64,000 nucleotides of DNA, taken from positions 62,198,464 to 62,262,463 of the forward strand of contig NC_043011.1 of NCBI RefSeq assembly GCF_006345805.1, written 5' to 3'. The notes beneath the pieces are model-generated. The model was not told the origin of the DNA and searched no databases. It saw only the letters and a program-made list of their open reading frames with translations. Of the stretch, positions 38,195 to 53,466 are shown piece after piece (position 1 is the stretch's first letter; the number at the start of each line of letters is the position of its first letter). The translations under genes were made by a program, and so were the position numbers. Origin of the DNA: Octopus sinensis. Lineage: Eukaryota.

Positions 38195-38433
38195 CATGTA
38201 TAGACGCATGAGTGGCTGTGTGGTAAGTAGCTTGCTTACGAACCACATGGGTTCGGGTTCAGTTGCATTCCATGGTACCTTGGGCAAGGTCTTCTACTAT
38301 AGCCTCAAACCGGCCAAAGCCTTGTGAGTGGATTTGGTAGACGGAAACTGAAAGAAATAAAAGAGTAAAAGAGTAAAAAAAGTATATATATATATATATA
38401 TATATAAATATATGTGTGTGTGTGTTTGTGTGT

Positions 38434-38806
38434 GTGTATGTGTTAAACAAAATAAGATAACAAGGCCAAGACAATGTGATATTTCTAGGACATTTATAAA
38501 GAGAAAGGCGGTCTTACAGCTGTTTCAGAGAGATAAACGATATCATATCACCAGAGCCGAGTTAAGAAACATCCAATAGAAAGAAGAATTTCCCTTTATA
38601 CTTTCCGTATCTCTTCCTCTTTAAAATTACTTCTTATACAATGAACTCTACTAATTCCTTCTATTTCAACTCTCTTAACTCGTCTCTGATGATGGAATAT
38701 TATATATTTCTTTGAAACAGCTGTAAGACCACCTTTCTCTTTATAAATGTCCTAGGTATATCACATTGCCTTGGCCTTGTTATCTTACTTTATTTAACAT
38801 ATACAT
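38434..38806. mobile_element. Inverted pair of PLE-pLTR-like repeats, each with a hammerhead-like motif
   Basis: 38434-38567 and 38673-38806 are reverse complements (~130 bp); both carry GAAACAGCUGUA-agac; the plus copy keeps gucu-CUGAUGA (38686-38692), the minus copy has CUGGUGA. Confidence 0.7.
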
Positions 38807-41800
38807 GCTCATACACGATCCGCATTAGACTCCTCACTCATACTATTATCGAACCGGAAGTTTAACTGCGGTCCTTCCGTTGCACTTATATAGCCTTACT
38901 TGCCACTTGGGTCTTCTGGATACCAAAACCTGTAGGTCAAAATACCTTCTGATATTTATTTCCAGCTCTTTGCTTCTGAATTCAATTGCCTTACTTCGAT
39001 CCTTCCGGTATCGATAATTTAAAACGTTTCTTAAGTGCTGGGATCGATAAAATAAATCAGCCAATCAAGAAGTTGTTTCCATACCATCAACTTTTACCGT
39101 CCCCCAAATTTGAAACCTATTACTTATAGAAGAAATCAATATCTATGTCTATAAATGGCGGTGTGTTGGCAGAATCATTAGCGCGCCGGACGAAATGTTT
39201 AGCGGTCGAGGTCGACATTGTCTTTCATCCCTTCGGGGTCGATAAAATAAGTACCTGTTGAGTACTGGGGTCAATGTAATCGACTCACCCCCTGCACAGA
39301 ATTTTTTTGTCTTGTGCCTAGATTTGAAACTAATATTTATCTTTGTACACTGTGATTCCACGGAGATGTTGCTGCCAATTCTAGCATTCTGGCGACCACG
39401 TCGAGACGCCCTTCTTTTTTTCCCCATTTCATGCAATTGTTTTAAAGGGGAAAATTACAGATGGAAAACGGGAGTCACATTTGTCTTCCTATTTAACAAG
39501 AATTGAAACTTTCATAATAAAAGTCTACACATAAGAAAGAGGGAGCAGTTTATTTCATCGAAGTCTTTCATTCTTCCAGGGTCAATGAAATAAAGTACAG
39601 GTCAAGTACCAGGGAAGATGATATTGGCTGCTACACTTCTCCACAAAATTCTTGGTCTTTACCAAAATCATTCTTTCTACCCTAAGCACAAAACCTGGAA
39701 TTTTGGGGGAGATTATATCGACCCCGGTGCTTAACTGGCGCTTATTTTCTCGGTCCCGAAAGGATGAATGGCAAAGTCGACAGCGGTGGAATTTGAATAC
39801 AGAACGAAATGTCGCTCAGCACTGAATCTAGCGTGATAACAATTCTCTCAGCTCGCCCACTTCATTGGTCCCAAACAACAGACAATGGCAATCAACTCAA
39901 GAACTTGATGCGTAGTAATTTTCTTCTTCTTCTTCTTCTTCTTCTTCTTCTTCTTCTTCTTCTACTTCTGATTCTTCTTCTTCTTCTTCTTCTTCTCGTC
40001 CTCCTCCTCCTCCTCCTTCTTCTTCTTCTTCTTCTTCTTCTTCTTCTCCTCCTCCTCCTCCCCCCTCCTCCTTCTTCTTCTTCTTCTTCTTCTCTGCATT
40101 CTTCTTCTTCTTCTCTGCATTCTTCTTCTTCTTCTTCTTCTTCTTCTTCTTCTTCTTCTTCTCCTCTTTCTTCTTCTTTTTCTTCTTCTCCACTTTCTTC
40201 TTCTTTTTCTTCTTCTTCTTCTTCTTCTTCTCTGCTTTCTTTTCCCCCTCCCTTTCTTCTTCCTCTTCCTCCTCGCCTCCTCCTCCTGCCTTCTTCTCTT
40301 CTTCTTCTTCTTCTTCTTCTTCTTTCTCTTAACCTCCTCCTCATCCCAGCCCCCTTCTCCTTTCTCCCTTTTCCAGTATTTTTCTCACTCTTTGCATTGG
40401 CGACATTGCGTTGTGTCTTTCTCACCAACACCAGCTGATAGACTCGGTACACTTAGGCGGAGTCCACCTTGTTACACGTTTGCGAGGCCACGTCCCTAGA
40501 CAGAGGACAACGCCCACCTTTCCTTCTCATCCGTCTCAGGGATCCTGAAACATGAAGGCTCATAAACAGCGCCCTCCTCTCCCTGACCCTAACCTTATCC
40601 TGCGACGATAATTTATTATTCAAACGAATTTTATTAACAGTATATAAAAAACCAAAAAAAGAATATAAATGATTTTCGGTTTTTGAAATTAGAACAGAAT
40701 TTTCTTCCTCCAAATTATATTTCCTATCCATTTTATTTCATTATCCAATTCTGGATTGATTGATCTGTCGATAAAAATAATTAAGAACAAAAAAATTTGG
40801 TCATTTAATTATTTGTAATCTACCATGACTGAGAACAATAATTGTTTCAAATGTTGGCCAGCAATTGTTCGGAGAGGGAGGTCATCTCTATTATATGGAG
40901 GCTGGAGGGAGAGGAGGCTTGTCTAATGCATCGACCTCAGTGTCTAACTGGTACTTATTTTATCGACCTCAAAAGGATGAAAGGAAAAGTCGACCTCGGC
41001 GGAATTTGAACTCAGAACGTAACGGCAGACGAAATACAGCTACGCATTTCGCCCGACGTGCTAACGTTTCTGCCAGCTCGCTGCTTTCCACCGTAAAAAC
41101 CACTGAACTTATGGTTATCATAATTTTTGTCGTTTCCATAAAAGAATACTTCAGAAGGCAACATTAATAAATGCAACATCAATTACACAACCGAAACAGC
41201 GAATCTGATAACAAGCTGTAGATTACGAAATACAACACAACACAACATACAAAAAAATATATTTTTTAAATGTGTGTACAACAAAGTAAACATCTGTAAA
41301 TGTAAAGATAAAACAAAAAGGTATTTTATTACAAAGAGACTACATTTTTCAGAATTAGATTAAGTATTTATCATATGGTTCTCTCTTGTTGGTGACTGTT
41401 GTCCCCCGCCATTCGTTTACGCCAATCACGAAATACAGGAGCAGAAAAGTTTTCCTTTCTTTTTTACTGCACTGATGTTTTTTTTTCTTCTTTTTTTTTT
41501 TTACAGAAGTTTTCATAATAATCGCCATTCAAACATGTTTTGGATTGAGGAAAGACATGAATATTGCATGATGCTAAGTTAAGGTTCCATGAGGGGTGTG
41601 GAAAAAAAATTCTTAAATGATTTTGACAATTCTGACGATTTAGTGTGTAAACGCGACAGTAATGGGTTAGTACATGGGGTTATAGAAAAAAAAAACCCAA
41701 ATTCCATGGAATAAACATTTTCGTAGTTTATTGGTGCCGAAAACAGCGTCTGTCCAATACTTTGAAATACAGATCAACAGATTTTTACAAGCATTACACG

Positions 41801-41849
41801 ATTTTAACGAAGTCCGTATTATAAAACTTAGCACACTCGAGGAAATATA

Positions 41850-42014
41850 CCGTATTTACTCGGGTATACGTAGCACCCCAAATTTATGTTAAATTTTGGT
41901 GCAAATGTTTTTTTTCTTTCATTGATTTGGTTTAGCCTCGTGTATAACTCGCACCCAAGGTTTTTCAGTTACAATCAAATACAAATAATGCGGCATATAC
42001 ACGAATAAATATAG
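41850..42014. mobile_element. pogo/Tigger-like MITE
   Basis: TA|CCGTATTTACTCGGGTATA ... TATACACGAATAAATATAG imperfect TIRs. Confidence 0.55.
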
Positions 42015-42021
42015 TGAATAG

Positions 42022-42378
42022 ATCTCTTAGTGAAGGCGGAGGTATTGTTTTCAGTCGTGTTTGTTTGTCAGTGGACAAGGTGTCTCTAGAACCGCTGGAT
42101 GGATTCGGATGAAAGTTTCCTGGATATTTGGCCTCGTGACTTGTACGAACTGATTAGATTTTGGGTATCCGGTATCGGGAAAGGGTTCTGGATTATTTTT
42201 CCGTTTTTTCTTTTTACTTAATTTTTGAGAGTGGGCGGGTCCATTTTTAGTATTCTCGTTTGTAAGAGCAGTCGAGTTTATTTCAGATATTCTCATTTTA
42301 AAAATCATCTCTGGTTAATCGTTGAGAGGACTTTGGTGTTGCCTCGGCGGAGGTTTGCGTTCTCTGGGTGCTCTTGTA
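42022..42378 (+). mobile_element. Possible Helentron-associated (DINE-1/HINE-like) non-autonomous element
   Basis: 5' GGCGGAGGTATTGTTTTC followed by (GTTT)n; 3' CTCGGCGGAGGTTTGCG plus a short hairpin-like CGTTCTCTGGGTGC; resembles HINE architecture as I recall it. Confidence 0.45.
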
Positions 42379-43690
42379 GAGAGAAAAAGAGGATTAGTCT
42401 TATCTGATTCCATTCAGAACGATTGGAAACCACACACTCATATCTGTCAGTTCATGTCGATAGACATAGCTTATAACTATTTACTAAATAATACGACTTC
42501 ATAAAACCGGTAAGTCCGATTTGCATAAACATTGCTCTCATTGATTGCGCTGTCGATAATTTAGTTATTGATGGATATTTGAAGTGTACAATGGGGGTAC
42601 GTTTTATGTTTATATCAACATAGCGATACATCAATACCAATATAAATATAAAGTAAAAGCTAACTGCCAACATAATATAGCTGTCCGGGAAGGGACGTTG
42701 TTACTGTTCATTAGCCCCAAGAAGCATGGCTATACGACACACTATCTGTGTCCTTATATTTGCGAACAGGGAATTCAGCATCTCGTTGAGGTGGATGTGA
42801 CCTCGCTGAGGTGGATGTCAGCAGAGAAAATATTGACTTCCATAAAGTGGAAAAAATAAACGGAAAGGAAAATGTTGGTAAATATTTCGGTGTGAACGCA
42901 AATGGCTATTACGTGGTAGCAGGGCATACTAGAAATAGCAGCCAGATCTTTCCTTTTCTGGAAAAAGGAGCCGTTTACGCGTGTTTTCGATATCACATTC
43001 GTTGAAAGCATGCAAAATAACCTTGAAAATAAAAAGATCCACGGAACAAAACACCCTTTGTAGGAAACTTTGAGGTCCCCCCCTCTCACCTTTCTTTTCC
43101 GGAAAAAAGTGGCTTGCGGTGTGTTTGGAGGTCAGATACGTCGAATGCGCCCGAAAGAACTGCGTAAAAAATTATTCCACACCGAGGTACGAAATATTTA
43201 ACGAAAGAAAAAAATCTTGTACCGATCACACCTATATTTTAATTAATTCAAATTGTACTTTAATTAATTCAAATTTAATTAATTCAAATTGTATTTTGAT
43301 TAATTCAAATTAATGTGCCTCATCTTGAAAACTGGCAAAATTTTTGTCGGTTACCATCAGAGATAATTTTAGTAACAAATCAAGCAAGTAACATGCGCGC
43401 GCACGGAACCCAACGGAGGAGGTTCATTGGGGTCAAAGTACAAATCATAAACAGCAGCTCATCGTCCTACACAAAGGCATTCCCATTAATCATTAATCGC
43501 TCCTATTAATCTCTTAAATCATATTGATTAATCCTTTAAATCAGATCATTCGTATCACACGAAGAAGCTTCAATTGTAAATATACTAAATGACGAGGGAG
43601 TCACGGCTGGAACTTCTTTGATCGTAAGTCTGCTTGAGTAAGGTAAGCCTGGGGATAAACAACACTAACGTGAACAGCAGCAACAACAGT

Positions 43691-44070
43691 GGAGGCGCAA
43701 TGGCCCAACGGTTAGGGCAGCGGACTTGCGGTCGGAGGATCGCGGTTTCGATTCCCAGACCGGGCGTTGTGTGTGTTTATTGAGTGAAAACACCTAAAGC
43801 TCCACGATGCTCCGGCAGGGGGTGGTGGCGACCCCTGTTGTACTCTTTCGCTCAAACTTTCTCTCACTCTTTCTTCCTGTTTCTTGTCCCCGACTTCCTA
43901 CGCAACCGTTGAGCCTGGATGCGCATTCATCCATCCGTCGATTCTCTCGGCGTCGGGGGTTGACCTGCTTTCTCTTCTGCGGGTCTTACGAATAGCAAAG
44001 GACTACGTTTCTGACTTCTCCCATCTTGCGAGCTCTGGGACGAAGACCGTTCGCTCAACAGCAACAACAA
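43691..44070 (+). mobile_element. SINE family C, copy 3
   Basis: Same head, body and (CAA)n tail as copy 1. Confidence 0.85.
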
Positions 44071-44544
44071 TAACTACAACAACAACCACGACAACACAAA
44101 CAACAACAACAACTTTTTACAGTAAGTTTATTTTATTGTCAAGTCAGATAATCTGCACACACACGCACACGCACACACACACAGACACACGCAAGCACAT
44201 ACAACACGCAAGCACATACAACACGCGCGCAAACACGCACACGCGCATACACCTACACACACATATGCACGCGCACACACACACATCCTGAATATAAGCT
44301 AAAGACTATCTCACAGATGAAATAAATATAAAATATTAAAATATCGAATTAACATATGTAAAGAGAGATTTAATTAAATTATTTAATCGAATTGAGATAA
44401 ATACAAAATAAATAAATGAATAAGAAAAAAAACCTTCGTAAAACATTTATTCGTAGACAAGATACATCTTAATAAGAAAAATAAATAAAGATATCGTGTG
44501 TATGTATGTGTGTGTCTCCGTGTGTATGTGTGTTTGTATGTGTT

Positions 44545-45257
<713 letters not shown>

Positions 45258-46564
45258 TACATACATACATGTGAATACCTAAAGGCACACACAATTACAT
45301 AAGTAAAGAATATAATAAGCGCAGAAATTATAAAGCGTATTTTTATATATTTATTTATTTTCATCGAATGAATTTAATCTTGGAAAACGAAAAAAAAAAA
45401 ACATAACAAAGCAAAAAAACCCAAAAATCTAAAAAAAAACAACATAGAAAACAAAACAAAAAAAAACAAAAAAAGATAAATTATAAAAAAACAAGTGACC
45501 TGCCATATTTTCTCGCTGTCGTGTTTCAAGGCATTTAGGAACCTGGTGACTGTGTTAGTCGCTCTGTAGAAGTACGTGGCCCTGTGGATATGAACGTTCG
45601 GCTCATGAACACATGGTCGTGGGTTCTATTCCTGAACCAGGCGGCTCGTCGTATTCTCAAGCCAAACACTTCATTTCACGTGGATCCTGTTTAATTAGTT
45701 GTAATGAGTAGGAACCGGTGGGTGACCAGTGGATTCCCACTGCTCTCTCGTTCCCCAACCGTTAGATACTGTTGTTCTGCAGGTTCAAAGGCCGACAGTG
45801 GCCGACAGGGGTCGACAAGGTGATGTATATTCCTGCATGAAATTACATGAAGGCAATTTGTCAAAATATGGTACACGTTACCAAATCATTGTTGCTCACA
45901 TGTGGCGGATGGATGTTTTATGCAAATAAAATATCCTTTCTACTGGAGGCACAAGGCCTCAAATTTGGTGGGTGGGGACTAGTCAATTACATCAACCCCA
46001 GCGTTTCACTGGTACTTAATTTATCGACCCCGAAAGGATAAAAGGCAAAGTCGACCTCGGCGGAATTTGAACTCAGAACGTAGCGACGGGTGGAATACTG
46101 CTAAACATTTCGTCCAGCGTGCTAACGCTTCTTATTTCTTTACTACCCACAAGGGGCTGCAAACAGAGGGGACAAACAAGGACAGACAAACGGTTTAATT
46201 CGATTATATCGACCCCAGTGCGTAACTGGCACTTAAATTATTGACCACGAAAGGATAAAAGGCAAAGTCGACCTCGGCGGAATTTGAACTCAGAACGTAA
46301 CGGCAGACGAAATACCGCAAAGCATTTCATCCGGTGTGCTAACGCTTCTTATTTCTTTACTGCCCTCAAGGGGCTACACACAGAGGGGACAAATTTGAAC
46401 TCATAACGTAGCGCCTGGCGTGATAACGTTTCTGCCAGTTCACCGCCTTTGTATGGCAAGCAAAATATGTTGTTCTTACTGTTTTTGTCGTTTAGCCCCG
46501 AGTCAGACCTGACCGAGCAGACATAAAATCAAAGTCACTTCAGATGTGACCATCCTGTCTTTTC

Positions 46565-46893
46565 TAGGGACAGGCGCGTGGCTTAATAGTTTGGGTATTC
46601 CGTTCGCAATCTTACATCTATGAGTTCGATTCCTGGCAGCGCACTGTCCTTGAGCAAGACACTTTATTACTCGTTGCTCTAGTCCGCTAAGTTGGTGAAA
46701 ATGAGTTGTACCTGAAATTCAAAGGGACCAGCCTCGTCACATTCCCTGTCACGGAGAATCTCCCCGAAAACTACGTTAAGGGTACTTGTGTGTCTGTGGA
46801 ATACTCAGCCACTTGCACGTTAGTTTCACGAGCAGGCTGTTCCGTTGATCGGATCAACTGGAACCCTCGTCGTCGTAACCGACGAAATGCCAG
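46565..46893 (+). mobile_element. SINE family D (tRNA head, GTCCTTGAGCAAGACACTTT domain)
   Basis: Head with GAGTTCGATTCC B box; homologous minus-strand copy at ~61885-62132; degenerate pieces at ~31480-31600 and ~45575-45860. Confidence 0.7.
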
Positions 46894-46904
46894 TCAGTCT
46901 GGAA

Positions 46905-47083
46905 CAGTGCTTCTTAAACTATGAGTCGTGACCCCTAATGGGGCTGCGAAGCGAAATGCTGGGGTCACGAAAATTAAACTCGGACGTTTGAATCTCAGTT
47001 TAAGGGTCATTTCACAAATCCTAAAACTACTTATGTTTTGGCAAATAATATAACTACTTTTTTATACGTATATTGTTCAGCAA

Positions 47084-47179
<96 letters not shown>

Positions 47180-47340
47180 AAGAAATTTTTAGACATACAC
47201 TAGTATAACTCTAAGTACAAAATCAAATATATGGCACCCTAGGCATAGCACCATCACGAACTTCCAACTTGCTGTCCGTTGAAGTCTCTGGGTGAGACTT
47301 GGAGCCAGCTTGTGCAAATGTAAAGCAAAAGTCATACATA

Positions 47341-47390
<50 letters not shown>

Positions 47391-47509
47391 TAATAATAAA
47401 CGATTTATACATTTATTTGTATGTTTTATTACATATTTAATAGTTGGGGTCGCGAAAAATCTCGAGATAAAGAATGGGGTCATGAATGAAAAAAGTTAAA
47501 GAAGCGCTG
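46905..47509. mobile_element. hAT/Charlie-like non-autonomous element containing (AAT)n/(AAG)n arrays
   Basis: TIRs CAGTGCTTCTTAAAC / GTTAAAGAAGCGCTG; subterminal GGGGTCGCGA-like repeats; flanking 8-mers GTCTGGAA/GTGAAGAA match only 5/8. Confidence 0.6.
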
Positions 47510-50034
47510 GTGAAGAAGTTGGACTACGGCTACGTTATACTGGTTTCAAATTCTGGCACAACGCCAGCAAGTGTGGGGGAGGAGAAAGGTCAAATGCATC
47601 AACTACAAGTGTTCAACTGGTACTTATTTTATCGACCTCGAAAGGACGAAAGGTAAAGTCAACCTCGGCGGAATTTGAATTCAGAACGTAGCGGCAGACG
47701 AAATACTGCTAAGCATTTCGCCCGGCGTGCTAATGATTCTGCCAGCTCGCCGCCTTATAACTACGTTATATTATGTGTCTTTTTCCATTTTTATAGTGAT
47801 CCAACGACTTTCCGTTGGAGTCTGGGATTCAGCTAGAAATGATATTCTATCTGATCTAGCACTCTGCGTTTCGAGTTCAAATCCTGCCGAGGTTAACTAT
47901 GTTTTTCAACCTTTCCGGGTAGATAAATAAAGTACAAACCCGGGACGAGACGTTTTGTCGTATCTGTTAGAGCTCTTTGCGTTTTGGTGGCAATGCCTAC
48001 GAGTGCGTTAATGTCTGACTTTATCGATATTTGACCTTTTCTCGGGCAACTTTGATGGGGTGGCGAGAGGGAAACTGGCTTGTATGGGCAACTACTGGTT
48101 TTCCATAATACCTATGTGATAATGAACTGGCCATGCTTGCAGCATAACGAAGTACTTTGCAGGTATAAATCCATAGACTCATAACATTTATGGAAGCATC
48201 GGTGACTGAGGTCAGGCAAAGCTGGCTGCTCTTTCTTGCAGGCTAAGCGACCTTGTAGGAGCTCTCTGATTGGTTCGTTAAGTTTGTGTAAAGTGTGAAT
48301 GTTTTGAAATTAAAAATCGATTTTATTCAAAATGTCTTTCTGAAGCCAAATAAACGAGGATGCCTCCACATAGTTATTTAATCTTCTAAAAACAGCAGTC
48401 GTATCGCCCTTAAGCAACAGACTATTTTCGTAATGAATGAAGGAAACCATGGATAACGTTGTCTTTTGCGCATTGAAAAGGGATGAGATACTCATGGTTG
48501 GAACGGCTTTAATCTGACCTTAGGCTTCTGCTCTGCCTCACCACCATCATCACCACCACCACCGCCGCCTTAAAGTCGCATATAAGTTGTTGTTATTGTT
48601 GCTTAATCCCAAGTCAGATTTGATCGAGCAGATCCACAAAGGATTGAAAGAGTTGTCTAAGAACAAAATTCAGAAAACCGATCAAAGTACTAACCCTAGT
48701 CATCTATAATTGTGTATGATTCGGGCGACTCATACATATGGTGAGCGAATTTCAACAACAATCTTTTGCTCATCCATGACATTATAGACAAAATTTCCTG
48801 GCACAAAACTTGCCGCAGTTACTCCAGAATACTGTTTGTCGGTAGCCCTGGTGTAGTCGGTCTTGGTTTACCCCTTCTCTTTATTTTCTTGTGTTGTTTT
48901 CACTCTGAAAGTTTCATTCCTGACACCTGACCAGCCACAAAGAACACGTTTCGCAGTTTCACTTCAAGGATCTGAAGTTAGTTGACCAGCTCTGTCACTT
49001 TAAAAAATAATTTTCATCTCAGGCGCATGGTCAGAAACTTGGAAGATGTCCAGTAGATCCAAATAACTCAGTACTTGTGTGGTACTTGACCTTGTTGCTT
49101 ATAGAAAGATGAAGGTCAAAATAACCATATGATAATTGAAATCAGAACGTAAAAAGTATTTTGTCCGAAGCTATAACAGTTTTCTTAATTCTCAGCTCTG
49201 TCACTCAATGCAATATAATGATTGAAAACATTGAAAAGATTCAGAAAATTAAGAATCTTACGTTTTTTTCTTCTCTTGCTTTTGAAAAAAAAAAAGAAAA
49301 AAGAATGACAGAATACCGGAATGACAAGAAAGGATGGCAGATTAATCAGATGCAAAAATAGAAGAGAAATTAATTTATAATCGTATGCTGTGTATCATTC
49401 AGGTCATGTCATTTTCGCCTTTTCCATTAAATGGAAAAGTCATTTTTGTTTCTGCTTTTTGGTTTTTGGTGAGAAGGAGGAGAAGCAATTTATTTTTGTT
49501 CAATATAAAATGTAGGCCCAGGCATGGCTGTATGGTAAAAAGTTTGCTTCCCAACCACATGGTTTCGGGTTCGATTTCACTGCATGGTAACTTAGGCGCC
49601 TCGGTCCGACCAAAGCTTTATCAGTGGATTTGGTAGACGGAAATTCCTCCTGATTATCGGATATGGAAAAGCATATTTGTTCATCTCCCCAACATTGCAA
49701 TTATTGTGTTTTGTATGTATCTCGTATATTTATCACTTTTATTGATATGGTTTATACTGTTATGCTTTTAGTAATGCTCAGTCTTACAAGACATAATGAT
49801 TAGAAGAACCGGATGTGATGGGCAAAAATATTCTGAAGTGATTCGCTTCGTTAGAGATGGAAGGGTTTTATCTAAATTGTCCCATGACATGCTTCATGTG
49901 TTTCGCAGAAAAATACAACATTGTTGTGCAACAAATACGCTTACTTCACAATCGAAATCAAATGGCATCCCTTTGAAGCTACTGGGAGACACTAAATAAG
50001 ATAAGCACTAGTTTGAATTTCAAACAAGGTAAAC

Positions 50035-50109
<75 letters not shown>

Positions 50110-53100
50110 GGTGGTGGTAAAGAGAGCTGCGCGAATGGCCATTTTTCAGGACCAGCGAAACAATAAGAGGGAGTTCGAAGTCCTGTAGCGAATGCTTGCA
50201 AAACATTGTTTATCGATTGTTTCTACACCTTTATTGAAATGGTTTCGCGACAGGCTTCATGTGTACCACAGAAAAAAAAGCTACATTTTTGTACAAACAA
50301 ATGTTTCTCAAGGGAGAAAATCAGATAACATCACGTTACGGGCATCGGAAATTTCTAATTAAAAACAAAACTCGTAAACGTCTGATGGGTATAATCAGAC
50401 AAAGGAGGAAGGACGACAAACAAATAATAAACACTGATGTCGCATTGGACCTCCAGATAATAATATGCGAATTGATCACCGAAAAATAAAACAACAGGGA
50501 AAAATTTGATAACAACAAAGCCAATGTTGAACCCCAAATCCTCGAATTAAGCGGGATCAGATAGAACAACGGCTTGGTCAATATTGCCCCTTACAAAAGA
50601 ACAAGTCAGAGAAATAGGGTAGAAAAAGATTGACCAAAAACCAATGAAAGCTGATAGCAATTCACAAAAACCGGATACAGAACGACATTGACCAATCATC
50701 GAACAGACAAGACCCCATAAAATATTTAGCGAATATCCAATAAATGATAGCTTAGAGAAACCGGATACAACAAAGGAAACGGACTAATATTATAAAAAAG
50801 TTAACTAGATTAATACCCAGCAGCTAACCAACGGAAACCAAAGTCACTCAGAAAACAATGAGTTCGGTTTAAAGTTTGAATACACATAAAACAATCTTGA
50901 ATTATCCGACAGCATCTCTACCGAATGATCAATGTGGAGTAAAGCTCGATTGTGGAGTTAAGACTTTAGTTTGAATAAACAAGATGGCCATCATGATTTT
51001 AGTGAGTATTCTCATTTTATTTCATTTGCAAACTGTGATTCTTCTGTAGATATAAATTTGTTAATTTTTGTGAATGCTTAATTTGCATACCTCGAGTCAT
51101 GCTGATGATTTCTAAAAAGAATGAAACGGTGCTATGCATGATTACAAATTACGAAATATTGTAATTAGTTTGTTATAAGTAAGGAAAACAAACATATTCT
51201 ATGCTTCTTTCCCTTTATTCTTTTAATTTGAAGTTCAAGCTTCTAATTCCGCCAAATATTATGAAATATTTATCTCCCTTGTAGTTACTGTCCGCTATGG
51301 GACTCCACGTTTTAGACATACACACACACACATAAACATAAACATATACATGTATATATATATATATGTTTATATATATATATATATATATCTACACACA
51401 CATATATATACATAGTGTAGTAAAGCTTCAAGTGGAACAGCACCCGATGTACTAAGATAGTGAAGATTATGTAATAATGAAAATCCCAATACTTGTAGAT
51501 TTCATTATAACATTATACATATATATATATATATAGTACATATATAGTATATATATATACTGTATATATAGTATATATATATATATATATATACTGTATA
51601 TATATGTGTGCATGTATGTCTATATATGTATGTATATATATGTATATATATATATGTGTGTGTGTGTGTTATGTGTATGTACAGATGTATATATATTGCA
51701 TATATGCATACATCCACGTATACGCACCCATCCATACACGCACGCACACACACACACATTAAGAAGATTCAGTACTATTTGAACAGTTATGTGAGAATTC
51801 TTCATTTAATAAAGTAATTGGTTACGATAACAATAGATTCGCTTTTAAAATGGACGTTGCAAAACATAGTTTATATAAATAACCAAACTGAAAGCGTTTT
51901 AACTAATTCTATTTTCTATAATTGGAGATTCTATTTTAGACAATCTCCAAAGAATTTCCATTGATGGTAACCAAACTATATATATACGTTTCTTCAGCGT
52001 TCACCACTTCACATCGTTATGGCTCAAAAGCCCTCACCGTTTGTTCTTACTGTTATGTTTTTGTTACCACTTTAATCCTCCACAAAATAAATCCCAAATT
52101 TTATTTAATTTGATTTGCGGGAAGAACTGTTTTAAAGAAGTCGCCTCCTGCCCCTACCTTCGAAATGCAGAGTAGATAAAGCAGGGGCCAACTGTTGCCT
52201 GTCTCGTTTCCCTATTTGTTTCTTTCGTTGTTCGAAAAAAAAAATTCGTTTTCCATGTTTTTGTTATTTATGTTCTCATTTCTCATTTTGTCCACGTTTT
52301 TTGACGTCCTGTACCCACATATGCACGTGTATGTATATATATATATACATATATATGGAGGCATGTACATATATGCGTGCATATGATATACATATATGTT
52401 ATATATATATAATATATATATATTATATATATATTATATTATATACACAAACACATATGTGCGCACATACGTACATACATGTACACACACATGCATGTAT
52501 TTGTACTCTTAAAGTTAAATATTGATTAAGTATTCTACTTGGCGGGCGTCATTTCATCATGATGTAACAAAAAAATATATATCTAGGCGCCGGAGTGGCC
52601 GTGTGGTAAGCAGCCTGCTTACCAACCACATGGTTCTGGGTTCAATCTCACTGCGTGACACCTTCTACTATAGACTCGGGTCGACTAAAGCTTTATAAGT
52701 GGATTTGGTAGACGGAAACTGAAAGAAGCCCGTCGTATATATGCATAAGTATGTATATGTTTGTGCGTCTGTGTTGTCCTCCCCCGCCCTAGGATCGCTT
52801 GACAATCGATGCTGGTGTGTTTACATGCCCATCACTTAGCGGTTCGACAATTAAGACCGATAGAATAAGTACTAGGCTTATAAAGAATAAGTTCTGGGGT
52901 CGATTTTCTCGACTAAAGGCGGTGCTCCAGCATGGTCGCAGTCAAATCAATGAAACAAAAAAAAGAATAAAAGAATAAAAGAATATTTTGTTTTAATATT
53001 AATCCTTTAAAATAGACACCAAATATGACAGTCACAGGCATAAGACAAAATACATTCTAAGACAATGTGATAATAGTACATATTTATGGAGAGCTTCTAC

Positions 53101-53245
53101 CAGTGTAGCAAGGAGTAACGCCGATTCTTCAGTCTTCGTATCAACCCTTGAAAAATTTTGTGACGAGCGAAATTTCCAACAAACCACATGCTATTTCGTT
53201 CGAAAGCAGAAGAGCCTTTTAGTGTGGTCTTGAAAGTTTCACGTG

Positions 53246-53280
<35 letters not shown>

Positions 53281-53396
53281 TAGATAGATATTGATAAAAA
53301 TTGTAAGACAACAAAAGAAAGAAAGAGATGTCGATATTATGTAAATAGAGGATACACACACACACACACAAACACCATATATATATGTATATATAT

Positions 53397-53466
<70 letters not shown>

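Noticed and set aside
43240-43315. Regularly spaced TTAATTAATTCAAATT repeats
   Set aside because: A simple ~20-bp minisatellite with no unique spacers; not CRISPR-like, and the context is eukaryotic.
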